The translations under genes were made by a program, and so were the position numbers. DNA of 64,000 nucleotides, taken from assembly GCA_051530055.1 (NCBI GenBank), contig CM121342.1, positions 9,625,480-9,689,479 on the forward strand, written 5' to 3'. Origin of the DNA: Neoechinorhynchus agilis. Lineage: Eukaryota; Animalia; Acanthocephala. How positions within the stretch are numbered: position 1 is the first letter of the stretch; the number at the start of each line of letters is the position of its first letter. This document shows, one piece after another, positions 44,960-60,455 of the stretch. A model generated the notes under the pieces. It did no database searches, was not told the origin of the DNA, and saw only the letters and a list, made by a program, of their open reading frames with translations.

Positions 44960-46860
44960 AGTCTCTTAGCTCTCCAGCCCAGGTAAGAGGCAACGAGTCT
45001 AGATGCTTCAAAAAGGCGCTAATGAACTGTAGTTTCTGTTCTGGAGGGCGACCTCTGGAAAAAATACCAGGCTAGAGATTGCCCAAGTTTTCTAAATGGA
45101 TTCTATTTGCTTAAGACTCAATCCATGGCAATTTTCAAAAGTTTTCTCATTCTGGAAATATCAGATCTAACAGAGAGATTAGCATTAAACGTATGTCCTA
45201 AAATTCGCAGATTGATAGGGGAATTTGAATCTATTTGTGGAGGGTTTAGATTAGGGTTAACAATTTTATCTAAGAAAGTTTTAAGGTTTTTGCGAAGACG
45301 ACTAGACCGTATTTTGAAAATACATTTCGTTTTCGATAAGTTCAAAGAAAGGTTCATTTTTGTCAAGATGGAGTTGAGGTAGTCCAAAGATTGCTTTTCT
45401 CTACTCTGTGAGCGTCGAAGACAAATGTGATGTCATCTGCATAACAAGTTAAAGAAGCTTTAGCTTTGAAATTTTGAACAATGTATTGTGAGGTCATTAA
45501 AAACAAGATAGGGGATAGCGGCGCACCTTGCGGCACGCCGGTGAGAGGATAATAAAGGGTCTGTGATGTGTCGTCATCAAAAAAGAACGATTTCTTGAAT
45601 AAAATATTGTTGACTCTAGAGATGATGTTATGAGGAACACTGAAAAATTCAAGAATTTCAATTATAAAATGAAATATTGTCGAGAGCACGAGATAAGTCC
45701 GCGGCTAAGATAGCACGGATAGGCGAATTGGAATCATTAAAACTGGAATAAATGTCGGGAAGAGCTGTGTGAACTGATTTACCCTTCTGAAAACCATGAC
45801 AATTGGCCGAAATGCAATGATGCTCCAGCCAGTGAGCTAAAGCACGCTCGTAAATCGTCACTAAGGGATTTTGAAGTGAGATAGGTTGAAGATCATTTGG
45901 ATGAGCTATTGATCTTTTCCTATTTTTAACGAGGAAAATTCGTCTGGATGTGTTAATATCACTCCAAGCGTATGGAGAACTGCTCAGCATTAAAATGGCA
46001 ATAAACCGAATACAGTCTTGCTGGAGTAGGTTAAATATTTTAGCACTGGAGGTTCTATTAGAGGATGAGGTTTTAGGGTGGAACGGCCAAACATTCAAAA
46101 TGTGATCAACATTAAGGTCTGAGCGACCAGCTATTAGTCTGCGAAATACTAAGGAGGGTCTATCTTTTACACGACCAACAGAGTGGTATTCGAAAATAAC
46201 ATTAAGAATATACTCCATTTTAGCAGATTTTAACCGGCTCACAACTGCTGTCGACATCGAGCAGCATAAAAATGATTAGAAAGCACCTTGGAGACAATGG
46301 AGTTTCCGGCTTGCTTAGTAACATATAATTGCCTTCTAATAAAGCACAAGGAACGGCTTCTGTGGGGTCTAAAAAATATCCTTATTGGATGATATAGAAA
46401 TAAATTGTCCGTTTTGTTGATTAAGCTATTTATGTTAGGAAGGGTTAAAAGGAAGTTGTTTTTGGAAACATAAAGTGAAAAATATTTTGAACGACGAATT
46501 TAAAAATAGCAACGTTCAGGGGGAACAGATGAGAGATTCTTCGTAAAGTGTCGTTAGTCCCACAGGACCAAATTAAAAAATCGTGACCAGTCAGGTCAAA
46601 AAGGGAAACTTGACGATCAACCTGAATTAAGAGATGATAGACAAGTCTAAAAAGGGGTGGGTGTTTTTGGAGATTACGTGAAAGGACGGAGATTATGGTA
46701 AAGAAAGTTCATAGGAAGGTTTGACGAAGTTGATCATTGCTTTGGTTCATTTTAACGAGGGATCGTTGAAGTCTCCAACAATAAAATCTATATCCTACAT
46801 GATAACATTCGGGTGAAAATTATTCTTCCTGTGGCGCTTCACACCCCGAGAATCAGTCTT
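44960..46860 (-). mobile_element. LINE family C (APE remnant, RT, 3' tail), degenerate
   Basis: IVGDFND near 46780, LQPISLQN..IYER, HGFQKGKS, DLSRALD, GVPQGAPLSPILF, CYADD, tail FSRGRPPEQ. Confidence 0.85.
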
Positions 46861-46869
46861 ATTTTATAA

Positions 46870-48382
46870 CATTTCGTGGGCCATACCGCCCCTTTCAAAC
46901 ATCGTCATCTGAAAAACCGAAACATAGATTGCACTAGCCTATTTCCGATTGCTCTCCATGGCTCGGGATCGCAGGGCTGCCATTCCTGTAAATCGGTGCG
47001 TTAAATGCCGCACGAACTCCGCTGCGATTGGGTATCGAGCGTTCCTCCTTACGTTGATATCCTTGATGGACAATCGCAGTGCAAAATTACCTTTTTGGCC
47101 TTCCATTGTATCCGCAAAATCAATGTATACCGCCTCTAAAACCAATTTCCGCGATAGAAATCGTTCCGTGGCCAGAAACGAAGCGCCCTCAAAGTCGACG
47201 CAGTGTTGGGTGTTTTGTTCGTGATTCGAAATGGCGGAAGAATGATCGAATCGTCTGCAAGTATACTTATGTTGGGTCAGTCGTTTTTGCAAACCTTGCT
47301 TAGTTTGCCCTGTATATTGTTTTCCACACTCAAGGCACTCGATTTTGTAAACCCCACATTCTTCACCGTGGACTTCTTCCTCTTGCATAAACCGGCTAAA
47401 GAGATTCCCTTTCGACCTTCTTATCAATGGTCGTAGTTTGTTCGTTGCCACTTCGCTGATAAAGGTGTGCGTCACGTATTTGCACGGTTCCATTGGCACA
47501 CGTAAAGGATGTCGTCGTTGTTGATGGTCTCGTTAAATTCTTTTCTGCGCGACTTTGACCACCCAACATGGAAGGCCTCGCTCTCTTAGCTTTGACGATA
47601 TTCTCCTCCTCTCCTCGGCTGCCCAACTTCGCGGGACAGAACAAATCGCGCGCTATCTTGATCTTGTCCGGGATCGGTTTATGGCTAGACCAATCAGGAG
47701 GGCCCCAAGGTATGCCGGGCATTCGGACAACGTTTGTTGTAACCTCGTCATCCCGACCACGCTGGATCATTACATCTAGGAATGAAATTGTTCCTTTTTC
47801 ATTTTGGGATGTTACGGTCCATTGTATCTTGTCATCTACCGAATTTAGACTCGCACTCAATTTGTCGACATCCATACCCTTATCCGCAATAATGAAAACG
47901 TCATCGACATACTGAAGCCATCGTTTAATCGCTTTGTTTTTGCACAGAAAACTCTTCTCCCAACTCCTCATATATATCGGCGATTATCGGAGCAAGAGGC
48001 GAGCCCATCGCTACACCGTCAATTTGATCGAAGAATGTTCCATCGTACTCAAAGACAGTCCTCGACGTGCAGCACTCCATAGTTCGGTCCAGGTAGAAAC
48101 ATCCATCTTCACTTCTTCACTTTTTTCCGATAGCAACACCGCAGCCATGTTAACTACCTGCGAAGAAACGTCAGCCGTAAATAGAGTTCTATCAGTCAAT
48201 GTCTGTCCCTTGATTTCACTAGCGAATGCAATGCCATCACTGATAAACGAGTCCGCCACTGGAAGCACATTTTTGGTTAACCTATTGATCTCCTTCGCCA
48301 GTTTGTGGTTGAACGTCGTGTAGCTTGCAACTAGAGGCCGAATTTGTAAGTTAGGCTTGTGGATTTTTGGCAAGAGGTACAA
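46870..48382 (-). mobile_element. Penelope-like element (RT and GIY-YIG endonuclease), degenerate
   Basis: YLLPKIHKP..IRPLV, LFTADVSS, AMGSPLAP, YVDDVF, ISFLDV; then CGVYKIECLECGKQYTGQT..L..R..QH. Confidence 0.93.
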
Positions 48383-48674
48383 GATATCTTTTATGCCATA
48401 TTCTTCTCCTTGGTGGCAGGTTGCTGCACCAAAACGATTCCGTCCTTGGAAGAGGGCCGCAGCGAATTGGATTAAAACCTCGGGGTGTTAAAATGTTTTT
48501 TGAGCTCTTTGCGCTGAGCACTGTAATGGAGCGAGTAAGATTCCGGTCTGCCATAATTTTATTAGAATTAAACCGCGTCGTTTTGATCTCTGTAGGAACG
48601 ATTTTATCCAATGGTGGGGTTCGAGGAATCTTTCATCGAGTAATGGCTCGTCCATATGTTTTAAAGCTACGAAT

Positions 48675-49581
48675 GTGCTAAATCATACTAATATCATAGC
48701 TGTAGCCGAGCACATGTTGGCAGCTTCACCTGAGGAATGGCCTCAGATAAACATTTCAAAAAGAATTTTTCTTTGTAAAAGGAGAGGCAAGGCTGTTTCT
48801 TCACCTAGTGATGTCAGGCCCATATCCATTCAAAATTCTTTCGTATCCATTTACGAGCGTGTCTTGGCGAGATCTATTTTGGAATTTTCTTGTAGAGCGA
48901 TGTCATGGATTCCTACCAGGGAAATCCGTTCATACTGCGCTCAATGATATAATAGACAATTTTTATAAAAATCCTGTCGACAAACATTCTCATTTCTATC
49001 GATATATCGAAAGCTTTTGATAATATCGACATCACCTAATATTATTGCGAGGGTAAACAACATACTGAAATGCAAACAATTTTATTTTGTAGACGATCCA
49101 GCAGGGACTGTGTTTTATAAATCGAAGGGTGTCCACAAGGCTCACCGTTATCACCCATACTCTTTTGCTTGGCAACCCAATTTTTAATTCAAAATTGCAC
49201 CGTTTGTCGGGGCATAACGATGTATGCCGATGACCTCTTTGTGGTCATTAAAGAAGCTAATTACATACGAGCACGTGCGAAACTGGCTGCTGTGCTGAAC
49301 TTTTTAAAATCCCACCTACCTCAAATGGATCTTTCTTTGAACCAAAAGAAGACGAAATTTTTAGTAAAATCTAAATCTAGAATAGGCAAGAAGAATATCA
49401 GAGAGTGTATAAAGGAGTTTTTTGGGTTAGATTTCGACCCTGCTTATAAGAAGCTTGATATTTTGGGTTATACACTCACGAATAACCTATCGACAGCATC
49501 TGATATGCGAAAGATGAAAAAACTTCTGAAAACAGCAAGAGTTAAGGCCAGACGTGCCGCTCGTATCGGACTTAGTGCCGT
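48675..49581 (+). mobile_element. LINE family A-related RT fragment
   Basis: SDVRPISIQNSF, MYADD, LDFDPAYKKLDILG. Clearly similar to 1850-2680. Confidence 0.9.
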
Positions 49582-49743
49582 AGATTGAAGCTTCGGATTC
49601 CACCCGATAAGATCAACGTGTGATAGTTTTTGCATTCCCTACCTCTCTTTTTAGAATTCGCTGAAGAAGATCTTAGTTTGGATTGAAATATTCAATCCAT
49701 AAATTAATTCTTACTTTGATTCCCATATCTCAAACAACAAGGT
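49582..49743 (+). repeat. 162-bp direct repeat, copy 1 (copy 2 at 50108-50269)
   Basis: The two copies appear identical and flank a 115-bp LINE-like 3' end plus (TTA)n. Confidence 0.95.
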
Positions 49744-49859
49744 CTTGAGATGGAGTGGAACAGCAACATCATAATTGAATAATATTCCGGTTATAACTGT
49801 TGAGCAACTGGTTCTAGACGTCGTGTGCGATATCTTGTGTCACCTTTACGAATAAATTA

Positions 49860-50107
<248 letters not shown>

Positions 50108-50267
50108 AGATTGAAGCTTCGGATTCCACCCGATAAGATCAACGTGTGATAGTTTTTGCATTCCCTACCTCTCTTTTTAGAATTCGCTGAAGAAGATCTT
50201 AGTTTGGATTGAAATATTCAATCCATAAATTAATTCTTACTTTGATTCCCATATCTCAAACAACAAG

Positions 50268-53200
50268 GTATCTTTTCCCCCGAAGATAATAATCAAAAAC
50301 ATTAAATTTTTCCTTAATTTAGTCACGCAGGGTAATAAGTTACGCTAATTGCTCAATACGAATAAAAGCAATAAATTAGCGTTCAATCAAATGCTACAAT
50401 CAATGAAAACTGATCAATACGACCATCATCGGTCTTAGCCTAAAATCATTGCTCGGTATCAAAATGGGCCACTAACTTTCAATCGGCCGAAGAAGACGAC
50501 ATGGAACAATGAGATATGGATTAATGAACCAAGATTTGTTCCAGTATAATCCATACATGAACTCTAATCCTTTGTGTTGTCCGCAGCACCAACCACAGAT
50601 TTGTCGATGCAGCACTTTAACGTCCTTTGGTCAGAATCAATTTCTACCACAACCAATCGGAAGTTTTACCAATCTGGGACAAATGTCGTCTTGTAAAAGA
50701 ATGATGCACAGCCTTCCCTTGATAAGTCCATCGCCGAATTGCAATTTTCCAATCACCGGCACTGCTCGAAGCTGTTGTTGCAGTAGAAGTTATTAGAGAC
50801 GAAAGTTTTTAGAGAAATAAAGATTTAAATACTTGGTTTTCATAGCAGAATAGAACTTTATTCGAAGTAACCCTTTTTTCGAGCAGTGATTAATCTTTTC
50901 TAAGCGGAGCGAAAAATAATTATATAATTATAAAAACTATTTTTTATATCAATCAAAATTACGTTGAACAAATCATTTTTTCGTTAATTGCGTAAATTCG
51001 ATTAATATTCGGCGTAGTTTACATTTCCTGATCCACTTTTGTTTTTTTTGTTATGAAGTAATTTGACCAGCAATACAAGGTCCGGCACATAAAAGACAAC
51101 AACTGAGAGTACTGAATTTTAGAAATATTAACTACCTAGAGCAGTGGGTAACGAATGGGTAACCCCGGTCAACAAAAAATAAATACTTTTAATTGCTCCC
51201 TCATCTTTGAGGAGAGGACAACGTTCTTAAATGACAAAAGTAAACACAACAACTCTTGTTTTTGAAAGTCAATTTCTTTTTCAAATTCTCAAGATGTTTG
51301 GATTACAGAAAGTGCCGTTCATGTGTTCCAGAAGTTCATCCTTGAATATAACAAGGCTGGTAAACTAGTGCGTTTTATTAATAAGACTGTCTAAAATGTT
51401 TGCCGCATTTAATAATATTTGATGAGATTGAAACGTAATTTTATTAAAATTTTAATGAGCAAACCGTTCAATTTAATTGAAATAATCAGTCGTCTGAAAA
51501 AGTGCTACATTTTGAGCCTCACTTCCCACCTAATTCTCACAAAACTCTCCACCTAACTCTCTCAAAACTGCCCACCAAATTATCTTAAAACTCCCCACCT
51601 TCTTTGATTATCTACGCAAAAAACATTGTCCCACAAGACCTTCTGTTCGAAAACATCAATACACCTCGACCACTCATGCCTACCTCAAAACCAATTTTCC
51701 TCAACACACACTGCAACAGGCCTACTACAACCAAGATTATCATAATACTGTTGAAAATAAAATCCATATGTTTGAGCCGAAATCACAGCATTATTTAAAA
51801 TTAGATCTTCAGAAACACTGCATTCATCACCTTCATATTGTCTGTCGACAACTCTTTCTCGAATCGTTTTTTCTCTTTCCTTCCCCGGTCTCCTTTCAGC
51901 GCATCCCTAACAAAAACTCTAATAACTCCCGTTCTCATCCAATCAAAATCACGCGAGGAATGTCCAAAAGGAGCAGTGATGAAGCAGCCGAACCCTGGAT
52001 AGTTGAGGTAGAATATTGTATAGTTGAGCGCTCGTATGAATGCTCTTGGTTTCCTGTATTAAAAAAAGAAATTCCCGGGATAAAACGTGTAATCTTATAG
52101 CGATTAGTCGCCCCACCACGGTTTCATTGAACAATTCTAAAAATCCCCTTTATTACCTGGGCTTTTTCGAGCTGAACTTTTTAGTATGAATGAGATTGGC
52201 CGAACCATTGTCAATAAGGGACATCTGCGTCTCTATAATCCGACTGACAAATCCAGAATTTCTTTATTCTGCATCCATACACATATCGTCGTCTAATTCT
52301 ATGCAAGTATCGTAAGCGTGATTTATATTTGAAATCTTTGCAGCTTTAGTGTTGGGTTCTTCGGAATTAGATCTCTTAAGGGCTGATGAATTTGGCTCGC
52401 TGATGATTGAGGAGATCAAGTTGGGTAGGTTAGCCAAGTTTCCAATGAGAGCACAGATCTTCCTCTCAAAAACCATAATAACTTCTGTAAAGCGAGCCTG
52501 CATTATAGACAGAAGCTTCTCGCACGTTTTCTAAAAATCTCAGTTCCAGCAAATCCATAGTGACCAACTGAAAAGTAGGAACGGGCCGATCATATATCGT
52601 ATTTGTTTTTTTGGAAGCAGCGCCCATTGAGGAGGCAGCTGATGGCGATGTTGTGGAAGCAGGACCATGGACTCGGTTCATCAGTCGGCTGTTCGTCGTA
52701 CCATCTTTTAGTCCCTTTTGGCCCAAGCACAGTATTTTTTAAATTATGTACATCCTTCATAAAAAAAAGCAATGTTGACCGTTGCAATTGGCACATCTCT
52801 TGGCATTCTTATTTGGACAGTTTTCTAATGAATGATATATCTCCGCACAATTGCTGCATTTGGTAGGCGCCGGGTTGGGACATTGTGGGCTCCAGTGGCC
52901 CCATTTACGGCAGCAGTTACATTGGGGAAAAATGTAGTCATCTTGGTCGCTTCCAGATTTGAGGTAGAAACGAATCTCAAAGCAATTAAAGGCACAATGC
53001 ACTTTATCGCAAAGTTCATCGCGAACTTGTCTCGAGCCTTCTACCATTGCTGTCTTAATCGAAAGTCCTGATCTCCGTTAGTTAAGAAAAAGTTTAACTT
53101 AAACATAAAAAAGTATTTGAAAGTATTCATTGTCCTCTTGGCTAATTCTGGCCTGTAATCCACTCGCAAAGAATTGCACTTTATGTGACGAGCATGATAT

Positions 53201-56200
53201 CGTTGAGGTTGGCGATCGCAACCGAAATATGTAACATGGTCTATACGTTTGATTCCATCATTTTTGAAAGAACGGGCCCATGGGGTGGTTGTTTGATTAA
53301 AATGACATCCTTTTGCGTTATAGGGTTTGATTTTATGATGATTGTATTAGGCCATTGCTTAGTAGGATAAACCAAATAAGCTTTTTGATAATTCTTTGAA
53401 GATGTCCATTTATGGGGCTGAGGAGTAGGGTTCGAAACAGAATCAGAGAGCAACGGCTCTCGCAATGCTGAGGAACCGGAATTCTTAGAGTTGGGTGCTC
53501 GCTGACCCATTACAGATCCTCCACGGGTTAAGAAACCGTTTTTGAACTGCTAACGCGATTTTTCATAACCGGTGTAGATCCGTGACCGCGTATCCAACAA
53601 CAAGGATAATTTATTCAGCTTATCAGCGTCCGAGGATATCTGTGTTAGATGTGTATGTTAGATGTCCATCGATCGCAAAGTCACATGCAAAAATCTTTTA
53701 GAAACCCAGCCCAGGGAGTCCATGTGCCTGAAAAACGCTTGAATAAAAAGTGGCTTGTGTTCTGGAGGGCGACTTCTAGAATAAAAACAAGGCTGGAGAT
53801 AGCCCAAGTTTTCCAAATAATTCTTAGGTTATTAACACTCAGCCCCAATTTATAGGCGCACTAGTTGTTTTCGATTTTGCTACTTTTGGAAGCTTTTTCA
53901 TTTGAGTAATGTCTGTCCTAGGGGATAAATTGACTGTGATCGTGTGTCTGAGAATACGTAGCTTCTTGGGCATAAAAGAGTTGTTCGATACGGATTGAGA
54001 ATTGTTGGATAAAAGTGAATAAAAGAATAGTTTGAAGTCTCTGCGTATTCGGCTTGAGCGGATTTTAATGATCAATTTTGTTTTTATTAAATTAGAAGAA
54101 AGATTGATGTGAGGTAGTATGGTCTTTAGATACTCTATGGATTGTTCGATTAAAAGTTTCAGCCTGGCTGCCCTATGAGATTTCATCACAAAAATGATAT
54201 CATCTGCATAACAAATCATAGATGCATTAAGAGGATAATTTTGTACAATGTATTGAGAAGAAAAAAGGAATAAAATAGGGGAGAGTTGCGATCCTTGTGG
54301 AACACCGTTAAGAAGGTAATAAAACGTCTTGCCAACATCATCATCGTAATAAAACGCTTTCGAGAAAAGCGTATTATGAATCCTGGCTATTAGGTTATGT
54401 GGAACACTGAAAAATTCCAACATTTCGACAATGTAGCTTAGGGAACCAAAAGTGCAAGTAGAGGGTACGCATCGTCGCCAAAGTTCGAATATCAGCCAAC
54501 GCAGTGAACAGACTTCCCTTTCAAAAAACCATGGCAGTATTTGGATATGCAGTTGTGCTCCAAGACGAAAAGGTTGAGTTTATGCGCAAGAGCACGTTCG
54601 TAGATGGTGATTTGCAAGGAGATCGAGCGAAGGTCGTTGTGTGCATTTACTTTTTCCCATTTTTAACCAAGACTGCGCCGTAAGATATATCCCAGGAGGC
54701 ATACGGGGAACACTACAACATCAAGTTTGTTAAGCGGAGGACGCAATCCCGAGGGAGCCGAGAGAAGAATTTGGTTCCTGAAGTGCTGTTATATGAGGAA
54801 ATTTTGGGATTAAGAGACCAAACTTTGGCAATATCATTCTGAGTCAAATCAGAGGGGTTACGAATTGATCTGCGAAATAAGATTGGCGGAATAATGCCTT
54901 TGGCGCAAGCGGAGGCATGAAAATCAATGATAGAAGTTAGTATCTGGTCCAAAATGGGGGTTTTTAACCAGGAGGTTAGCTTTCCACCACTTCGAATAGA
55001 AAGGCTTTAAAGTTTTTAAAAAGGCACCGTCGAATGCCATTTGTTGTCTACATCAAGCTGCCCAGTATTGACTGGAAAGTACTTTGACAAGAAAAACCTC
55101 TCGGCAATGTTTAGCTTGATATAGTTGACACCCGATAAAACGAAGTGATCTGATTTCGTAAGGTCTAGAGAAAACCTTCTGTGGTTGGTAGAAAAACAGA
55201 TTAGCTGTTGAATTGATAAAACAATTAATTTGAGGAAGAGCATAATTCAAATTATTGGCTAAATAAATCCGCGATAGAAGTAATTGGCCAACTGATCTGA
55301 ACAGAGCAATGTTTAGAGGGGACAAGTGTAGAACTCTCCTTGAAGTACTAATGCTTCCAATAGACCACATTAAAACGTTATGGCCAGTTGAATTAACAAA
55401 TGCAAACATTTTCTATAATGTCTAAGAATAAGTGGATATTTTTCGTGCCGGGAGTTCATAGTGAGGTTTAACCGGTCATTGAAATCGCCAGCAAATATTC
55501 TTAACAGCTGGGCGATGTATAAAGCCGGGTCGTATGTACAGATTGGTAGTAGTGAAACGGAGTAGGACAGCTCATTTGAAATAAAGGTAGGTATTAAAGA
55601 TGGATTAAGAGATGTGTGGAAGACAGAAATTAGACCTTGTGACGATGGGCTGAAAGGAGTAGAAATAAAAGAAACGTATTCGGGAGAATCAAATTGAAGT
55701 AGGAAATTGAAAAGTTGAGATGTGTTATATACACTTTTACTCTCTTGGAAAAGAAAAATGGCAGCTCCCAGTATGAGATTAGTAATTTTAGGGAGATTGG
55801 CAGTTCCACTGTAACAGGCACAAATTCTCAGCATTACCTGGGCTTTCTGGATTTTCTGCGGATCGAGCCGGCTAGGGGGGAATGAGGGTTGCGACTCCGT
55901 TGTTGATCAAATCAGATTTTTTTGATGGTTAGACTCACGAATTCCAAATCCTTACCTACAAACCCGTCCGTGAGGTTATCATCATCATCAACTTGATTTG
56001 ACATATTCCTTTTAAGGAGAGATGATTTAGGTTGCATGAAAACAGACGATAGTATGTCAGGTAGATCCGACAATCTTGTCAGAAGTGTGCTGACTTTCCT
56101 TTCGATACTGACTATTTGAAGTATCTTCACTCTTCATGATAAGTTTTATTAACGTTTTTTCAAAACCTGACTAACTGCAAAAACCAAAAACAAAACGCAC

Positions 56201-59200
56201 ACACCCCCAAACATCGTTTGGTCATTATCGATCGGACGCGCAGTGCGTGTCACGATCGCTCACTATATAACATTTCTCCCCTCCTTAATTGAGACCGGAG
56301 GTGTCGTAATCGTTTAACCACTCAAGTCGACGTCGTATTCTCATACTCCTTCGCAATGGGTCCGTAACATTGGATCCCCTTTCCGTCTCATTCGTTGGTT
56401 CATCATTGATGGGCTCATTGGGCGTTTGTTCCCCGTGCGGCAATTCCCCTGCCTCTGCTATGGCTACTGCTGGTCTCAGGTGATCGGCGTGTTTTCTCTC
56501 TATCCCTCTTTCGGTCCTAACTTCATAGGAGACGGGACCATTTCGATTCTCCACTCGCCCTAAACACCATCGTCGATCATGTTGCGTCTTGACCCACACC
56601 TGCTCGTCCTTCTCGAACTCCCTCCATTTTGAGCCTTGGTCGTGCTTATCCTCCCATTTTTCTTTGTTTTCCACCCTAGTGTCGTGGTCGTCCTTGTGAA
56701 GGTTATTGAATAGTACTTGAATTGGGCGTCCGAACATCGCCACCGAAGGACTTACTCCGGTCGTCGCATTTGGACAGTTTCGGTAGCTTAATAGAAAGCT
56801 TTGTAATTGTTTTTCGTACGCGCATCGAGAGAAACATCTGAAAACCCTCTCTTTTACTGTTCGGACAAATCGATCGGCTTGACCGTTAGTACGAAGGTGG
56901 TATGATGTCGAATAAATGGGTTTAATTCCATTACTCATTAGGAAATCTTGAAACGTTTCGGATCGGAAGCTTGAACCGTTATCCATGACCACCTTTTTTG
57001 GCAAACCGAAACGGCACAACAATCGGCGCATATGAGCAACGTGGCATCAGTCGAGCGCACTTCGATTACCTCTGGCCACTTCGTGAACGCATCGACCACG
57101 ATGAGCCACATTGTGCTCTGCACTGGACCAGCGTAATCTATGTGGATCCGCTCCCAGGGAGTCCTCGGCACATCCCAAGGTATCATATCCACCTCTGGTT
57201 GCTTCGGTTGCCCTTCTTGACACGCCTGACATCGACCCACATAGTCTTCCATCGCTTTATCAAATCGTGGCCACCAGACGTACATCCTGGCCAAAGACTT
57301 CATCGACGTACATCCGGGCTGGCTTTGATGTAGCATTTTGGAACTCCATCTCGCAACGCCTCAAGGATAATCATCCTACCCAGCCAAAATAGGATGTTGT
57401 TTTCGACCGATAGTTCTCCCCTCTTTTCGTAATATGTCCGTAAATCATTCGGAATCACTTCGGGTCATTGTGTCTTGATATACTTACACACCCTCGCCAG
57501 CACAATATCGTTTCTTAAACTCCGTTTCAACATCTCTGCGTTTATGAGTTTTGAATCGTCACAATCTATTAGATCAATTTCATTGACAAAACTCTCCACT
57601 GGTTCATTTGAAACTTCTGGTATTCTTAATAGTGCATCGGCATATACATTCTCTTTGCCTTTCACATATTCGATGGTGTAATCATATTCGGCCAACACAA
57701 TCACCCGTCTTCGCAAACAGTTACCATGTACCTGATTCAATTCTTTTTTATGCTCGAATATGTGAATCAAAGGAAAGTTTTATTAACGTTTTTTCAAAAC
57801 CTGACTAACTGCAAAAACCAAAAACAAAACGCACACACCCCCAAACATCGTTTGGTCATTATCGATCGGACGCGCAGTGCGTGTCACGGTCGCTCACTTA
57901 CAAAGGAGCATGGAGATGTCAAGTGTGCGCTAAAGTAGCGGCATCGAAGCGGAAAGTTTATGCTCATTGTCGAGTAGTTCTGGGCCTTTGTCGCGCTGGG
58001 CGTTGAGAACATCGTACTTTTCAAACATCTTGGAACCCGTCCATTTTTGTCGACTAGACGGTCGTCGACCCGGCGGAATTTCGGTCTTTCCGTGGCGGGA
58101 GAGCAAATGCCTTCTCTGGGACGCCACGTCTCTCGCAGTAAGCAACACTCCGTACTCTCTCGAAATCGCTGGAGGTGCAGTCAGTGCAACCAGTGCAGCG
58201 GAAGGGAGGAAGGTACGAAAATATAGGGATTTAGCAAGGACTCACTATTTTGTCCCCATTTGGAGTAGAGACCTATGGAGCGCTTGGCAGCTCGGCACTC
58301 ACTCTGCTCCAGGATCTATCAAAGAAATTAAGAGAAACGACCGGCGACGAACGAGCAGGTGTATTCCTGTGAGAAAATATCTCGCTGGCAGTACAACGAG
58401 GCAATGCTGCGTGATTGCGCGTTTTGTACTTTGTTATTGTAGAACCTATTTAATTACATTTCGAAAAAAAATTCTTTGGGTGAATAAAGAAGAGGGACAT
58501 CAGTCTTATAGCAGTCGTTGAAAAAGCTCCAAGCTGAAGTAAGCATATCATCGTATGACCGAACATCTATTTTATCAACATTTAATCGGTTCAATGCGTT
58601 CGATAGAACCTTTACTTGAACTGGTATATTGCTGTTGTTTGAGGTAAGTCATGTTTCTGGATGAAATGAGTGATATTTCATCTAGTTTAGGAAGGATGAG
58701 AGGGAATTTTGGATTTTGATACATTGACGTGGAAATGAGGGAGATCGAAGTTGCTTTTTTCGTCATGGGCTTAGCGACATCCGAAAATAATTATATAATT
58801 ATAAAAACTATTTTTTATATCAATCAAAATTACGTTCAACAAATCATTTCGTCGTTAATTGCGTAAATTCGATCAACATTCGGCGTAGTTTACATTTCCA
58901 GATCCACTTTTGTTTTTTTGCCGTGAAGTAATTAAACCAGCAATGCAAGTTCCAACACAAAAAAGACAACAACTGAGAGAAAGGAAACCATAGACAGTCG
59001 AAACGATTGTGAGCATTAAATGGAACGGAAGTTTGTGACAATATCGGTCCGAAAGTGGATCATTGTGTAAAACGTTTCTGATTCGAGAATAAATCACAAC
59101 CGTCCCTAAATACAAGATTGATGAAATCGAATTGAGAATTTAGAGAAAAGTTTCAAAAGTAGATTTTTTCGAATTGAACACCGATGATTATTCAACATCG

Positions 59201-60455
59201 TCCGCTGGTGCATTAATTTGGCTCAATCTCTTCGGTTTTAAAATCGAGCGACAAAAGACGACCTCAAACACCCTCCGAGCATTAAAAAATCGTTCAATCG
59301 ATGCTTCTCGCTTTTTTCCTTCAACTCATCTTTTCAATCACCCTTCTAGCCAATAAATGAAATACCCGAATAAACGAACCTTGAATAAAGATTAAGAATA
59401 GACTGAATATGAGTACAAATCCGAAGGCATGATGAAATGGCTTCGTCCTGAATTCGTGGGCATTTTGAGACCTCGTCCTCAATGCAAAAATTGATTATTT
59501 CACCTTTATCTTTGAAAAGAAAACGCAACTACCTCTCGTAACATCTAACGCTGACTCCGTGGATATTAAACAAAAGTACACCGGATCCAAATATAATCAG
59601 CCAACGTGGAATTGATCGACTTATTGGGCATTGGTTTAGAAACAAAGAACCTTTGAACAAAAATAGAAGACTTAATTTTTGTTGAGTCATAATAAATACC
59701 TGATACAATCATGAGAATCGGCAATCCTACCAGGATTATAAGGTACAATAAGATAAGAACTAAAATTCTAAATATTTATTCGAGTAGAATAATTTTACCA
59801 GATCTTACATAGCACAATAACCATATGAAAAGGTCCATTTTGAACATTCGATGACTGCGTTTCACTTTCTTCATCTTTTATAAAAACAAAATCATCAGCA
59901 GGGACCTGAGGAACTATCGGTTTTCCTTCACTTGGAGGTGCATTGTGGAATAAAGTATAATCTCGTAATCCAGGCAACCATGAATACGCTGATGAACATT
60001 GAGCCTAAAATGTATTTTTAAATTTATTTAGGAAAATGTTATAAAAAGACTTTGTTATTGCAATTTTATGATTTCATACCAATGACCTCCTGGCTTCTTT
60101 GATGAAATTCAAAGCTTGAAGTGGAGTTCGTGACTGTAAAAGTTCCATTTTTTGCAGCTTTTATAGAGTTTAGTTTCGAGAAATGAGCAAAAGATCTCAA
60201 CTTCTCAAAAGGAGTCACGAAAAACGGAAAATGACAGGGTTTCATTTGCGTCGACCGTTTTACTAAAAACGCAGCTTTCAAGCATTCGATCTTTTAGCAT
60301 TTCTTTAGTAAAAAGTTCAATCCTTCTTTATACCTTATGTAATACTGAAAGCACTTTGCTCATTTTGCATCCAAGGTTTTGTTCGAAAATTCCACTAGAA
60401 ATTCTTATCAAAGTTCCCAGTTTCTACATTTAAAGATGAATTTCTTCAGAGAATT
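50268..60455 (-). repeat. Right arm of the about 10-kb inverted duplication
   Basis: Reverse complement of 31394-41489. Confidence 0.97.
56137..57902 (-). mobile_element. Gypsy element B, right-arm copy with complete 136-bp 3' LTR (56137-56272) and PPT
   Basis: On the minus strand: AAGGAGGGGAGAAA, then TGTTATATAG...AAAACTTATCA. The left copy lacks about 25 bp at this junction. Confidence 0.9.
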
